This document shows positions 10,126 to 19,424 of a stretch of DNA of 61,321 bases, in pieces. The notes beneath the pieces were generated by a model. That model saw nothing but the letters and a program-made list of their open reading frames with translations, was not told the DNA's origin and made no database searches. The stretch spans positions 1 through 61,321 of the forward strand of contig CAZAAD010000005.1 of assembly GCA_964483295.1 (NCBI GenBank). The letters are read 5' to 3'. Both the position numbers and the translations under genes were made by a program. The stretch comes from an uncultured Gammaproteobacteria bacterium. GTDB lineage: Bacteria; Patescibacteriota; Patescibacteriia; Patescibacteriales; UBA12465. Numbering within the stretch: the first letter of the stretch is position 1; every line of letters begins with the position of its first letter.

Positions 10126-10239
10126 GTTTTTGTTGTACGGCCCCCGCAGTTCACCTTAATGGCGAAACGGGGTTTCTTTCCTGTTTCCAAGAAACCAGCC
10201 GAACTAAATTAAATATTATTAATAAATTATAACAAAAAT

Positions 10240-10644
10240 TTACTCGATATTGTGCGCCTTGTCTTTGACGGCGGGAGGAATCTGCCAGCTCTTTTTTACT
10301 TTATCTTCTTCTGATAAAGATTGAGCTTTGTCTTGATTCTTCCACATCGAGATTTCCCGATTAATTTTATCAGTTAAATCTTCCTCTGTCAAATCAACTT
10401 CTTTCTTGTTTTCCGGGCTAATCTCAACCTTTTCTGAACTTATTGGGGCAACTGCTTCCGGCTCAGTTACAAGCGGAGCAACGGGGACAATCGGAGACTG
10501 TAAAGCTTCCGGAGTACTCTCTAAATAGCGAGCGATATCCATAATGACATAAGAGTCATCGGGATTAGCACCATCAAAGATGATGACGCGATCGCCGGTC
10601 TGTTTAATAAGGTTCAGAATTTTTTTAAGCTGTTCAGGAAACAT
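10240..10644 (-). CDS. Hypothetical protein between fusA and tuf
   Basis: 134-aa ORF fills the fusA-tuf gap on the operon strand; no confidently recognised family. Confidence 0.8.
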   Translation of the reverse strand: MFPEQLKKILNLIKQTGDRVIIFDGANPDDSYVIMDIARYLESTPEALQSPIVPVAPLVTEPEAVAPISSEKVEISPENKKEVDLTEEDLTDKINREISMWKNQDKAQSLSEEDKVKKSWQIPPAVKDKAHNIE

Positions 10645-10680
10645 AGGCGTAATATCTTAAACTAGGATTTATATTCTAGC

Positions 10681-12756
10681 TTACTTCCCTTTCTCTTTCA
10701 AGGTTTCAAGAATGTTGCGTGGTACTTCAGCGTAATGAGAAAATTCCATGGAGTAATTAGCACGGCCTTGGCTCATTGAGCGTAAGCTAGTTGAGTAACC
10801 AAACATTTCCGCCAAAGGAACTTTTGCCTTAACAACTTTTACATTAGTACGATCAGACATTTCTTCAATCTGTCCGCGCTTACTGTTCAAGTCACCCATG
10901 ATGTTACCCATGTAATCTTCCGGGGTAGTCACTTCAACCTTCATAATCGGTTCAAGCAAGACTGAGCCGGCTTTCTGACAAGCTTCTTTAAAAGCAAAGA
11001 TAGCGGCCATTTTAAAGGCGATTTCCGAAGAGTCGACTTCATGATAGGAACCGTAGAAAACAGCCACCTTCATATCAACCATCGGATAACCCGCTAAGAC
11101 ACCGCCCTGCATTGCTTCCTTAACGCCCTTTTCAATCGCTGGAATATATTCACGTGGAATAACACCACCTTTAATTTCATCCAAGAATTCAAAGCCCTTG
11201 CCCTGTTCTTGCGGTTCAACGCGCAAGGAACAATGTCCGTACTGACCGCGACCACCAGACTGCTTAGCATACTTATGTTCTGCTTCAGCTACTCTAGTAA
11301 TAGTCTCACGATAAGAAACCTGTGGTTTACCGACGTTAGCTTCAACGCCGAATTCTCTCTTCATGCGATCAACAATGATTTCCAAGTGAAGTTCACCCAT
11401 ACCGGAAATCAAAACTTGATTAGTTTCTTCATCAGTTTCCACACGGAAAGTCGGGTCTTCTTCCGCTAAGCGGGACAAAGCCACGCCCATCTTTTCCTGG
11501 TCGGCCTTAGTCTTCGGTTCAACCGCAATCTTAATAACCGGTTCTGGGAAATTAATAGATTCAAGCAACATCGGCGCATCTTCAGCACAAAGAGTATTAC
11601 CAGTCGTGGTATTCTTTAAACCGATAATCGCAGCGATATCGCCAGCATAGATTTCTTTAATCTCTTCACGGTGATTAGCGTGCATACGGACCAAGCGACC
11701 AATGCGTTCTTTATTTCCAGTTGAAGAGTTAACAATATAAGAACCAGCGATTAAAACACCCTGATAAACGCGAACGAAGCAAAGCTTACCGACAAACGGG
11801 TCAGTGGCGATTTTAAAAGCTAAACCGGCAAACGGCTTGCTGTCATCGGCAACAACCGGAATCTTCTTTTCTTCATCATTAATATCAGTGGCAAACATTT
11901 CTGGGATATCAATTGGAGATGGTAAATATTCAACCACAGCATCAAGTGCCAACTGTACGCCAACATTCTGTAAGGCAGTCCCACATAAAACCGGATAAAT
12001 AGCATTAGCAATAACACCTTTGCGGATAGCCACTTTTAATTCGTCAACGCTCACTTCTTCGCCAGCTAAATATTTCTCCATCGTAGCTTCATCGCATTCC
12101 ACGGCCTTTTCTACTAATTCCGCATGAAACTGTTCAACCTTGTCTTTCATGTCTTCCGGCACAGGAATTTCAATAATGTTAACACCAAAGTGACCTTCAA
12201 ACTTATAGGCTTTCTTGGTTAACAAATCGATGACACCAGACAAATCACTTTCCGCGCCAATTGGCAACTGAATTGCGACTGCCTTCTGATTTAACCTGGT
12301 TTTAATTGAATTCAAACTCATGTAAAAATCAGCCCCCATCTTATCCATCTTATTGATAAAACAAAGTCTAGGCACATGATATTTATCCGCTTGGCGCCAT
12401 ACCGTTTCTGATTGTGGCTCAACGCCCGCTTGGCCGTCAAAAACAGCAATCGCACCATCAAGCACGCGCAAGGAACGTTCTACCTCAACGGTAAAGTCAA
12501 CGTGTCCCGGAGTATCAATAATATTAATTTTCTTATTCTTCCAGAAACAAGTAGTGGCGGCGGAAGTAATCGTAATACCTCTTTCCTTTTCCTGTTCCAT
12601 CCAGTCCATATCTGCTGAACCTTCGTGGGTTTCACCCATTTTATGTTTTTTACCAGTATAAAAAAGGACGCGTTCAGTAAACGTGGTTTTACCAGCATCG
12701 ATGTGCGCCATGATGCCAATATTCCTAATGTTGTCTAGAGAATAGTCTCGGGCCAT
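10681..12756 (-). CDS. fusA: Elongation factor G
   Basis: [33 protein letters not shown]. Confidence 0.99.
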   Translation of the reverse strand: MARDYSLDNIRNIGIMAHIDAGKTTFTERVLFYTGKKHKMGETHEGSADMDWMEQEKERGITITSAATTCFWKNKKINIIDTPGHVDFTVEVERSLRVLDGAIAVFDGQAGVEPQSETVWRQADKYHVPRLCFINKMDKMGADFYMSLNSIKTRLNQKAVAIQLPIGAESDLSGVIDLLTKKAYKFEGHFGVNIIEIPVPEDMKDKVEQFHAELVEKAVECDEATMEKYLAGEEVSVDELKVAIRKGVIANAIYPVLCGTALQNVGVQLALDAVVEYLPSPIDIPEMFATDINDEEKKIPVVADDSKPFAGLAFKIATDPFVGKLCFVRVYQGVLIAGSYIVNSSTGNKERIGRLVRMHANHREEIKEIYAGDIAAIIGLKNTTTGNTLCAEDAPMLLESINFPEPVIKIAVEPKTKADQEKMGVALSRLAEEDPTFRVETDEETNQVLISGMGELHLEIIVDRMKREFGVEANVGKPQVSYRETITRVAEAEHKYAKQSGGRGQYGHCSLRVEPQEQGKGFEFLDEIKGGVIPREYIPAIEKGVKEAMQGGVLAGYPMVDMKVAVFYGSYHEVDSSEIAFKMAAIFAFKEACQKAGSVLLEPIMKVEVTTPEDYMGNIMGDLNSKRGQIEEMSDRTNVKVVKAKVPLAEMFGYSTSLRSMSQGRANYSMEFSHYAEVPRNILETLKEKGK

Positions 12757-12837
12757 ATAGTATTATTTATGTCTTAATGCGCACAAACGGCCGAAAAACA
12801 GTAAACTGCCGGCCGCTTGGTGGCTAAAATATATTTT

Positions 12838-13305
12838 TTATCTTGAAAAATGGGCAAACGCCTTGTTCGCTTCAGCCATCTTATGAACAGCTTCGCGCTT
12901 CTTGAAAGCATTGCCTTCGCCATTAGAAGCATCTAAAATTTCCGCAGCCAATTTCTCAGCCATGGAGCGTCCACGACGATCATGAGCCGCTTTAATCATC
13001 CAGTTGCAACCCAAGAAATAGCGTCTTTCGCCTCTAACCTGGAAAGGAACTTGATAGTTAGCACCGCCAACACGCTTACCTCTAACTTCAACAAGCGGAG
13101 AAACTTTCTTTAAAGCCTTGTTAAAAATATGGCGCGGGTCTTGCTTGGTCTTTTCTTTGAGAATTTCAAAAGAATCATAAACAATACCTTCGGCTACGCT
13201 CTTCTTGCCGCTTTCCATGACATAATTGATAAATTTGGCGATATTAATATCGTTGTATTTTGAATCACCATCAATTTCTCTTTTTGGAGCTGGTTTTCCT
13301 CTCAT
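12838..13305 (-). CDS. rpsG: 30S ribosomal protein S7
   Basis: RVGGANYQVP and HKMAEANKAFAH. Confidence 0.99.
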   Translation of the reverse strand: MRGKPAPKREIDGDSKYNDINIAKFINYVMESGKKSVAEGIVYDSFEILKEKTKQDPRHIFNKALKKVSPLVEVRGKRVGGANYQVPFQVRGERRYFLGCNWMIKAAHDRRGRSMAEKLAAEILDASNGEGNAFKKREAVHKMAEANKAFAHFSR

Positions 13306-13388
13306 AGTTGTACCGGCGAGTGATTATCAGCTATCTTAATCCGCGCCTCACTTAGTTTATAAGTTATCTAAAAATTTAACAGAAACTT

Positions 13389-13817
13389 TTATTTAGCAGC
13401 TGCCTTTGGTTTCTTAGCACCATAGGAACTGCGGCTCTTGCGGCGAGCTTCAACACCGGAAGCATCATAAACGCCACGAACAACTTTATAGCGAACACCT
13501 GGAAGATCTTTGGTTTTACCGCCCTTAACGAGAACGATAGAGTGTTCCTGAAGGTTGTGACCCATTCCTGGAATGTAAGCAGTTACTTCCATGCCGTTAG
13601 AAAGGCGAACACGAGCAATCTTTCGAAGCGCTGAGTTAGGCTTCTTTGGAGTAGTCGTAGTTACCTTTAAACAGACGCCTTGTTTAAATGGAGCGCCTTT
13701 GGCAGTTTCCTTCTTTTTACGATGTAAGGAATCAAGGCTCACGTGGAGGGCTAAAGACTTCTTTCCCGCCGCCACTTTCTTGCGTCCTTGTCTGACTAAT
13801 TGGTTTATAGTTGGCAT
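13389..13817 (-). CDS. rpsL: 30S ribosomal protein S12
   Basis: [33 protein letters not shown]. Confidence 0.99.
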   Translation of the reverse strand: MPTINQLVRQGRKKVAAGKKSLALHVSLDSLHRKKKETAKGAPFKQGVCLKVTTTTPKKPNSALRKIARVRLSNGMEVTAYIPGMGHNLQEHSIVLVKGGKTKDLPGVRYKVVRGVYDASGVEARRKSRSSYGAKKPKAAAK

Positions 13818-13903
13818 AATTTTTACCTTCGGATCAACCGTCCGCTTTTAAATATTAAAATAATCCTGACTGTTCAGGATGTACTATTTTTTTATACTAA
13901 TTA

Positions 13904-13932
13904 AATTTAACAAAATCTAAAATATAAGTCAA
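13904..13932 (-). promoter_or_regulatory. Sigma70-type promoter of the str operon
   Basis: TTGACT-17 bp-TAAATT with TGn extension, upstream of rpsL. Confidence 0.65.
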
Positions 13933-13971
13933 GGTTAAATGGGCTAATTTTTTGGACTTATTAGCCCTACA

Positions 13972-14000
13972 TTGACAAAATTATGAATATATGCTATAAT
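13972..14000 (+). promoter_or_regulatory. Perfect-consensus sigma70 promoter
   Basis: TTGACA-17 bp-TATAAT with TGn extension, upstream of the 14099 ORF. Confidence 0.85.
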
Positions 14001-14098
14001 GTATCTCATAGTGCGCTAAACGGTTGGCACTTAAAAGCCGAACAAGGCTACGCTCTGTTACAGGAGTAAAAGAAACCGGTTCTTTAAAAATTTAAAAA

Positions 14099-15304
14099 AT
14101 GAGCGAAATTAAAGAAAGAGTCCTAAACGGATTACTGAATGTGTTGTTTATCGGGCTGCCTATTGCCCTAGTTGTAATGTTTGGCGAGAACTTTTCTCTC
14201 TGGATTAACTTCTTGGCCATCGGCTGCGTCTTGTTTACCTCCAGTGTGCTTGCGGGCATTATTGGCGATGAATACGAAAGTCCGAAAAGAATTCTTCACG
14301 CCTTAATTGGTGCCGCAATTGCTGTCTGCTTAAAAGCTTTGGCCTATCCTGGTCATACTACGGTAATTATCCTGGCAACTATTCTAGTTATCTTCACGGC
14401 CGATATTATCAATCGCGGACAGATGCCCTGGTTAAAAATTTGTCGCAGCGCCAGATTGCATTTCTTGGGGAAATTTATTCTTCTTACTACTTTTCTTTTC
14501 GTTGTCAGCTTAGTAGTTGCCAACTTTGGTAGTCAGACGATTTGGATTCCCATAGTGGTTGCCGCTGGACTAATAACTGTATTATTTACTAGCGACAATT
14601 ATCTTGACACTGACAGTCTTAATGAAGACGCAATCATTGGCACATCACTGGGAATTCTACTCCTTACTGGTTCAATTAGCACCGTAATTCAATTCAGGAT
14701 GGCAGAAATTTTCTGGGGAATAAAACTTTGGGAAGGAATGGTTATGCTTGCAACACTAGCGATTATCGCTCTTGTCTCAATTATTGTTTCCAAGAAAAGA
14801 AAACGCCAGGCTAAACTTCGTGAACTCAGAGAAAAAAATGCTGCCGAAGAACAAAGACGGACCGAAGAAGCTAACAAAAGGGCGGCTGAAGAAAAGGAGA
14901 AAAAAGAAAGAGCAAAAGTATTTGCCGAACAAAGGTTAAGTAAAATAGAACACGAAACCTCGCTAAACGCTATGGGCTTATCTTTTCTCTACGAACACAA
15001 CAAAGATTTAGGAGTAACTTTCATTTCGGAAAAAGAAATAAATCTTCAAGATTTTTGCGACAACATTACTGTTTCCAACAACAAAAAACAAATTGTCTGG
15101 AACAGCTATTTCCGCGATTCTCTGCTCATGCTACTTTATGTGGCCGAAAAAACCTTTGAAGATAAAGACTTGAATCGCTTAATTAAAGTGGTAAAAGAAA
15201 TCCGCGCCGACGTTAAAGAGCGGAAGGATAAAAAGGTTGAATATGACGGCGAAACACTGTTGTTTACTAAGCTGCAAGAAATAGAAAACGCAGCCAAAAA
15301 GTAA
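14099..15304 (+). CDS. Hypothetical multi-pass membrane protein with coiled-coil and soluble C-terminal domain
   Basis: About 8 hydrophobic segments in the first 230 aa, then a K/E/R-rich helix; own promoter and terminator. Confidence 0.8.
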   Translation: MSEIKERVLNGLLNVLFIGLPIALVVMFGENFSLWINFLAIGCVLFTSSVLAGIIGDEYESPKRILHALIGAAIAVCLKALAYPGHTTVIILATILVIFTADIINRGQMPWLKICRSARLHFLGKFILLTTFLFVVSLVVANFGSQTIWIPIVVAAGLITVLFTSDNYLDTDSLNEDAIIGTSLGILLLTGSISTVIQFRMAEIFWGIKLWEGMVMLATLAIIALVSIIVSKKRKRQAKLRELREKNAAEEQRRTEEANKRAAEEKEKKERAKVFAEQRLSKIEHETSLNAMGLSFLYEHNKDLGVTFISEKEINLQDFCDNITVSNNKKQIVWNSYFRDSLLMLLYVAEKTFEDKDLNRLIKVVKEIRADVKERKDKKVEYDGETLLFTKLQEIENAAKK

Positions 15305-15330
15305 TTAAAAAAAATCACAACCAAAACAAC

Positions 15331-15368
15331 AAAAGACCCGAGTCTGCCAAGATTCGGGTCTCTTTTTA
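15331..15368. terminator. Bidirectional intrinsic terminator
   Basis: AAAAGACCCGAGTCT-GCCA-AGATTCGGGTCTCTTTTT between convergent genes. Confidence 0.85.
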
Positions 15369-15380
15369 TTTAAAAAGTTT

Positions 15381-15626
15381 TTAATATTGATTATAGGTAT
15401 TATCAGATCTTCTCTCAACAGCGAGAACGAAATATTGACCGGCAACATCTCTTCGGAAAATAACTCTTAACTTACCTTTTCTAATACGAAAAATATCATC
15501 GCGACTTTTTAATTTTTTTACATCCAAACCTATAAATTCGCCAGTTTTAATTTTCAATAAAATAGCTTTTATAGCTTCCCTTTCTTGCTTAGACAAACTT
15601 AAAAGCGCCTTGGCAATTTTATCCAT
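15381..15626 (-). CDS. RelE/ParE-family type II toxin
   Basis: 81 aa, basic; DVKKLK...FRIRKGKLRVIF...VERR pattern; directly downstream of the antitoxin. Confidence 0.8.
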   Translation of the reverse strand: MDKIAKALLSLSKQEREAIKAILLKIKTGEFIGLDVKKLKSRDDIFRIRKGKLRVIFRRDVAGQYFVLAVERRSDNTYNQY

Positions 15627-15630
15627 AAAC

Positions 15631-15846
15631 TTAAAGTGCTTTTAACAGCTCATCAATACTAACTCCCCCTTTTTTAATTTTGGTGAAATTAACCGCCTCT
15701 TCCCAATCGCCATCTTCACTAACCGGACTAATTTTAAACAAGGGTTTGCTTTGTTTTAAAACAATAAAAGATTTTCCCGCCTTTACCTCGGAAGCATATT
15801 TGTCCATATTCAAGCGCAAATCTTTTAAAGCAATCAAACTTTCCAT
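15631..15846 (-). CDS. Phd/YefM-family antitoxin
   Basis: 71 aa; LKDLRLNM...VKAGKSFIVLKQSKPLFKISP pattern; 4 bp upstream of the toxin. Confidence 0.75.
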   Translation of the reverse strand: MESLIALKDLRLNMDKYASEVKAGKSFIVLKQSKPLFKISPVSEDGDWEEAVNFTKIKKGGVSIDELLKAL

Positions 15847-15867
15847 ATGTTTTAGCTAAATAAATAA

Positions 15868-15906
15868 GGTTATCTTTAGTTTAACAAAAGATAACCCTAA
15901 AGTCAA
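15868..15906 (-). promoter_or_regulatory. TA promoter with overlapping palindromic operator
   Basis: TTGACT(15906-15901)-17 bp-TAAACT(15883-15878); inverted repeat GGTTATCTTT-N9-AAAGATAACC at 15868-15896. Confidence 0.75.
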
Positions 15907-15926
15907 GCCTAAATACTAAATAGGCT

Positions 15927-16523
15927 CTACCCCGCTATCAACTTAAAGAGAAAATTAACCGGTGTACTAATCACTTGGCTAAAAAGCATAATAACTACAA
16001 TTACGGCGATAAAACCAAAACGTTCATGGCGTAAATATTTCTCTCTTAAGTCGTGAGGCAAAAATGTAGCCAAAACTTTTGAACCATCCAGCGGCGGAAT
16101 CGGCAAAAGATTAAAGACCATGAGCAAAAGATTAATATAAATAATCACGCTCAAGAGGCCAGCGAAAGTCAGACTAATAAAAGGCGCAAACCTCAGAATT
16201 AAACCAAAGGCTACGGCCACGGCTAAATTAGACAAAGGCCCAGCTAAGGCAACTTTGGCATCACCATACTTGCGGTCGCGCAGATTATAAGGATTATAAG
16301 GCACTGGTTTAGCCCAACCAATAACAAAGCCGACTCCAGAGAGAATCATCATTAGTGGCAAGAAAAAAGAGCCGAACCATTCAAGGTGCGCCAGCGGATT
16401 TAAGGTTAAGCGGCCAGCATTTTTCGCCGTATCGTCGCCTAAACGATGGGCGACAAAACCATGCATGTATTCATGGATAATGGCGGAAAAAATCAGCACA
16501 ATTATTTGAAATAGTGGAATCAT
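15927..16523 (-). CDS. Site-2 protease, M50 family membrane metalloprotease
   Basis: HEYMH, GDDTAK, NPLAHL, FNLLPIPPLDG; second Met (16523) preferred over 16541. Confidence 0.93.
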   Translation of the reverse strand: MIPLFQIIVLIFSAIIHEYMHGFVAHRLGDDTAKNAGRLTLNPLAHLEWFGSFFLPLMMILSGVGFVIGWAKPVPYNPYNLRDRKYGDAKVALAGPLSNLAVAVAFGLILRFAPFISLTFAGLLSVIIYINLLLMVFNLLPIPPLDGSKVLATFLPHDLREKYLRHERFGFIAVIVVIMLFSQVISTPVNFLFKLIAG

Positions 16524-16544
16524 ATGCTCTAATAATAGCATGAC

Positions 16545-16573
16545 TTGATTAATTTTAGAAATGTTGTTAGAAT
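16545..16573 (+). promoter_or_regulatory. Sigma70-type promoter of rpmB
   Basis: TTGATT-17 bp-TAGAAT with TGn extension. Confidence 0.6.
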
Positions 16574-16604
16574 AGGAACATCATAAATAAGAAAATAAAG
16601 CAAT

Positions 16605-16835
16605 ATGGCGAAAAAATGCGATTTATGCGGACGCGGTGCAACTAAGGGAGCAAGTCGTTCTCATTCTAAAGTAAAAACCCTAAAAAAGCAGAATATCAAT
16701 CTTCAAAGCAAAGTTATCGGTGGTGACAAGTTTAAACTTTGCACTTCTTGCCTAAGAACTATGGATAAGCCAAAAAGAGTCAAGGGCAAGGGCGTCGCTA
16801 AGACTGAAGCGGCCGCCAAGAAAGCTGCTAAATAA
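16605..16835 (+). CDS. rpmB: 50S ribosomal protein L28, zinc-ribbon type
   Basis: CDLCGR...SRSHS...NLQ...CTSCLRT. Confidence 0.93.
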   Translation: MAKKCDLCGRGATKGASRSHSKVKTLKKQNINLQSKVIGGDKFKLCTSCLRTMDKPKRVKGKGVAKTEAAAKKAAK

Positions 16836-16856
16836 ACTCACAATATTTTAAACCCA

Positions 16857-16883
16857 AGAACGCGCCTAAGCGGCGCGTTTTTT
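16857..16883 (+). terminator. Intrinsic terminator after rpmB
   Basis: AACGCGCC-TAAGC-GGCGCGTT-TTTT. Confidence 0.8.
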
Positions 16884-16884
16884 G

Positions 16885-18171
16885 TTATATCTTCCAACCT
16901 ATAACCGCCCCCGGCCAAGTCGCCATTAACCGGGCGGCTTTAAATAAAAATGATAAAAGATAATAAGCGGGCAAATATAAAAATGGACCAAGCACGGGGA
17001 CAAGACCGGCTAGCGGCAAAGGGGTAATTAAAGCGGCGAGTAGAAATGGAAAAATCCAAGCAACTAGCGGATTAGCAATTAAAGAAACAAGCGATAGTTG
17101 TCCAAAATTTATAAGCATAATCGGCGTCACAGCAATCTGACAGACAGCCGTCACGCTAAAGACCTCCCAAATAATCACTAATAATTTTCCTAAGCGGCCC
17201 GGCAGCCGCTTTTTTATTTTTCGCGCTACGGGCTGACTAAGCGGATAAAGATATAAGATTGCTAGGACGGCGACAAAAGATAATTGAAAACCAATATCAT
17301 CTCGCAAAAGTCGCGGCTCAAATAACAACATCGCCGAAGCAGCAAAAATAAGCGCATTTGTTAAGCTGCCCAGTCGTCCGGAGTAAAAAGCTAAAAACAT
17401 CAGTCCGCCCATAATTCCCGCTCGCACCGCCGAAGCGCTTAAGCCAGTAATGAACGGATATAAAATTAAAAAAGAAAAAATTAAACGGGCGCCGGCGCGC
17501 CGCGACCAACCAAGATAAGCCGCTAACCAGGCTAACATCGCCGCCATAATGGTAATATGCGAGCCAGATATCGCAATCAAATGGCTTAAGCCAGTGCGGG
17601 CAAAGGCATTAGCATCGTCAGTGCTAATCGTGCGCCGATAGCCAAGTAGTAAAGCAGTTGCTAAACCCGCTTCCGGTTCAGGTAAGGATTTTTCTAAAAT
17701 ACTACGCAGGGCCCATTTGCCACGCAACAAACTTAAATAAATATTCTGACTAAAAGTTAATCCCCTATTTACCGGTTCAAGACGCGGATAATACATCACC
17801 GAATAAATTCCAAAACGTTCCAAGTAGCGGGCGTAATCAAAGCCATCAAACTTAGGCGGCGCCTGGATTAAACCAGAAACTTTTAAAAAATCGCCATAGT
17901 CATAAGCGGGATATAATTTAGTCGTGATTAGTAATCGCTCCTGACCGACACAAACCGTCAGGCGCCTGTCGTTATAATCTGCTTCTGATTCCGCACAAAC
18001 ACGACCAATAAATTCCTGGCGACTATCATGATAAGAAGATAAGCCCCCAGGTAAAATTTTCGGCGCAAAAGACTCGGGATTTAAGCTTAAAAGCGCGATG
18101 AAAATAATATGCGCGAGATTAAAATATAAAAAAATTCGCGCTTTAGTAAATTTAAAATGCCATCGTTTCAT
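16885..18171 (-). CDS. comEC: ComEC/Rec2 competence membrane protein without the beta-lactamase-like domain
   Basis: GLSHLIAISGSH, SAVRAGIMG, DIGFQLSF. Confidence 0.9.
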   Translation of the reverse strand: MKRWHFKFTKARIFLYFNLAHIIFIALLSLNPESFAPKILPGGLSSYHDSRQEFIGRVCAESEADYNDRRLTVCVGQERLLITTKLYPAYDYGDFLKVSGLIQAPPKFDGFDYARYLERFGIYSVMYYPRLEPVNRGLTFSQNIYLSLLRGKWALRSILEKSLPEPEAGLATALLLGYRRTISTDDANAFARTGLSHLIAISGSHITIMAAMLAWLAAYLGWSRRAGARLIFSFLILYPFITGLSASAVRAGIMGGLMFLAFYSGRLGSLTNALIFAASAMLLFEPRLLRDDIGFQLSFVAVLAILYLYPLSQPVARKIKKRLPGRLGKLLVIIWEVFSVTAVCQIAVTPIMLINFGQLSLVSLIANPLVAWIFPFLLAALITPLPLAGLVPVLGPFLYLPAYYLLSFLFKAARLMATWPGAVIGWKI

Positions 18172-18238
18172 GATGGCATTTTACTATAGACCCAATGATT
18201 AAAATCTAAACTATTTTTCGGCTCAGAGCGATTCAGCG

Positions 18239-19345
18239 TTAGCGCTTTAAAAAACGTAAATAAGCTTCCGTAAACTGGCTTAAATCGCCATCAAGTACTG
18301 CCTCCACGCTAGAGGTTTCATATTCGCTACGATGGTCTTTAACTAGCTTGTTGCCATACATAAAATAGGAACGAATCTGCTTACCCCATTCTGCCTTATT
18401 ATCCCCTTTCAACTTCTTCTCTTCTGCTTCCCTATCAGCAATCAAACGCTGACTTAACTTGGCACGTAAAATCTTCATGGCATTTTCCTTGTTCTGATGC
18501 TGCGATCTTTCTGTCTGGCAAGTAACGGTGATATTAGTTGATAAATGGACAATGCGCACCGCCGAATCAGTCGTATTAACACTCTGTCCGCCTGGACCAC
18601 TGGAACGAAAAACATCAATGCGAATATCATCATCTTTTATGACAACATCTTCCTCATCTTCTAACTCGGGAATAACTTCCACCAGAGCAAATGAAGTCTG
18701 GCGCAAGCCATCGGCGTTAAAGGGCGAATTACGTAGTAAACGATGAACCCCATTTTCACTTTTTAAGTATCCATAGGCATAAGGACCAACAACACGGAAG
18801 TCCACACTTTTAATACCCGCTTCATTACCGTAATTACGATCTAAAATTTCAGCTTTAAACCCCTGGCGCTCAGCAAAACGAAAGTACATTCTTTCTAGCA
18901 TCTGCGCCCAATCCTGAGCATCAACCCCGCCGGTGCCGGCATGGATAGAAATTATGGCATTATCACGGTCGTATTTTCCTGAAAAGAAAGACTGAAATTC
19001 TAACTGACCAAAATCTTTTTCTAATTGTAAAAACCGTGACTCTAAGTCGCTGGCTAAATCGGTCAAAGATAAATCATCATTATCTTCTCTGTCGGCAAGC
19101 GCAGCAATTTCTTCTAAGTCACGAATATTATCGCTTAATTGTTGCCACTTATTAACCTCATCGGCTAGGCCCTCCGCCTCGCGACTAACTTTAACCGCCT
19201 CAGCTTGATTATCCCAAAAAGCCGGTGCCGCCATTTTCAAACGCAGCTCTTTTTCTTTAACTTCCTTGCCGCCAATATCCATCAGTTCCCTGGTCTTCAA
19301 AAAGCGTTGGCGCAAATCTTCAATTTTTTTCAGTAAAGTATCCAT
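18239..19345 (-). CDS. prfB: Peptide chain release factor 2, no programmed frameshift
   Basis: SPF tripeptide (RNSPF), GGQ motif, WGKQIRSY; one continuous ORF. Confidence 0.97.
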   Translation of the reverse strand: MDTLLKKIEDLRQRFLKTRELMDIGGKEVKEKELRLKMAAPAFWDNQAEAVKVSREAEGLADEVNKWQQLSDNIRDLEEIAALADREDNDDLSLTDLASDLESRFLQLEKDFGQLEFQSFFSGKYDRDNAIISIHAGTGGVDAQDWAQMLERMYFRFAERQGFKAEILDRNYGNEAGIKSVDFRVVGPYAYGYLKSENGVHRLLRNSPFNADGLRQTSFALVEVIPELEDEEDVVIKDDDIRIDVFRSSGPGGQSVNTTDSAVRIVHLSTNITVTCQTERSQHQNKENAMKILRAKLSQRLIADREAEEKKLKGDNKAEWGKQIRSYFMYGNKLVKDHRSEYETSSVEAVLDGDLSQFTEAYLRFLKR

Positions 19346-19371
19346 ATATGTTAGATTATCACATAAATCAG

Positions 19372-19403
19372 CAAAAACAAAACCGACCCCTTGAGGGGGT
19401 CGG
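19372..19403 (-). terminator. Intrinsic terminator after rpsI
   Basis: CCGACCCC stem with TTGA/TCAA loop region, followed by TTTTGTTTTT on the minus strand. Confidence 0.8.
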
Positions 19404-19424
19404 CTGAGTATGTAAACAAATAGT

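Noticed and set aside
10126-10240. tRNA upstream of tuf
   Set aside because: No T-loop (GTTCRA), D-loop or cloverleaf spacing; kept only as a structured leader
12757-13388. Hairpins in the rpsL-rpsG and rpsG-fusA gaps as S7 autoregulatory sites
   Set aside because: Stems are short or ambiguous and cannot be tied to a known motif by eye
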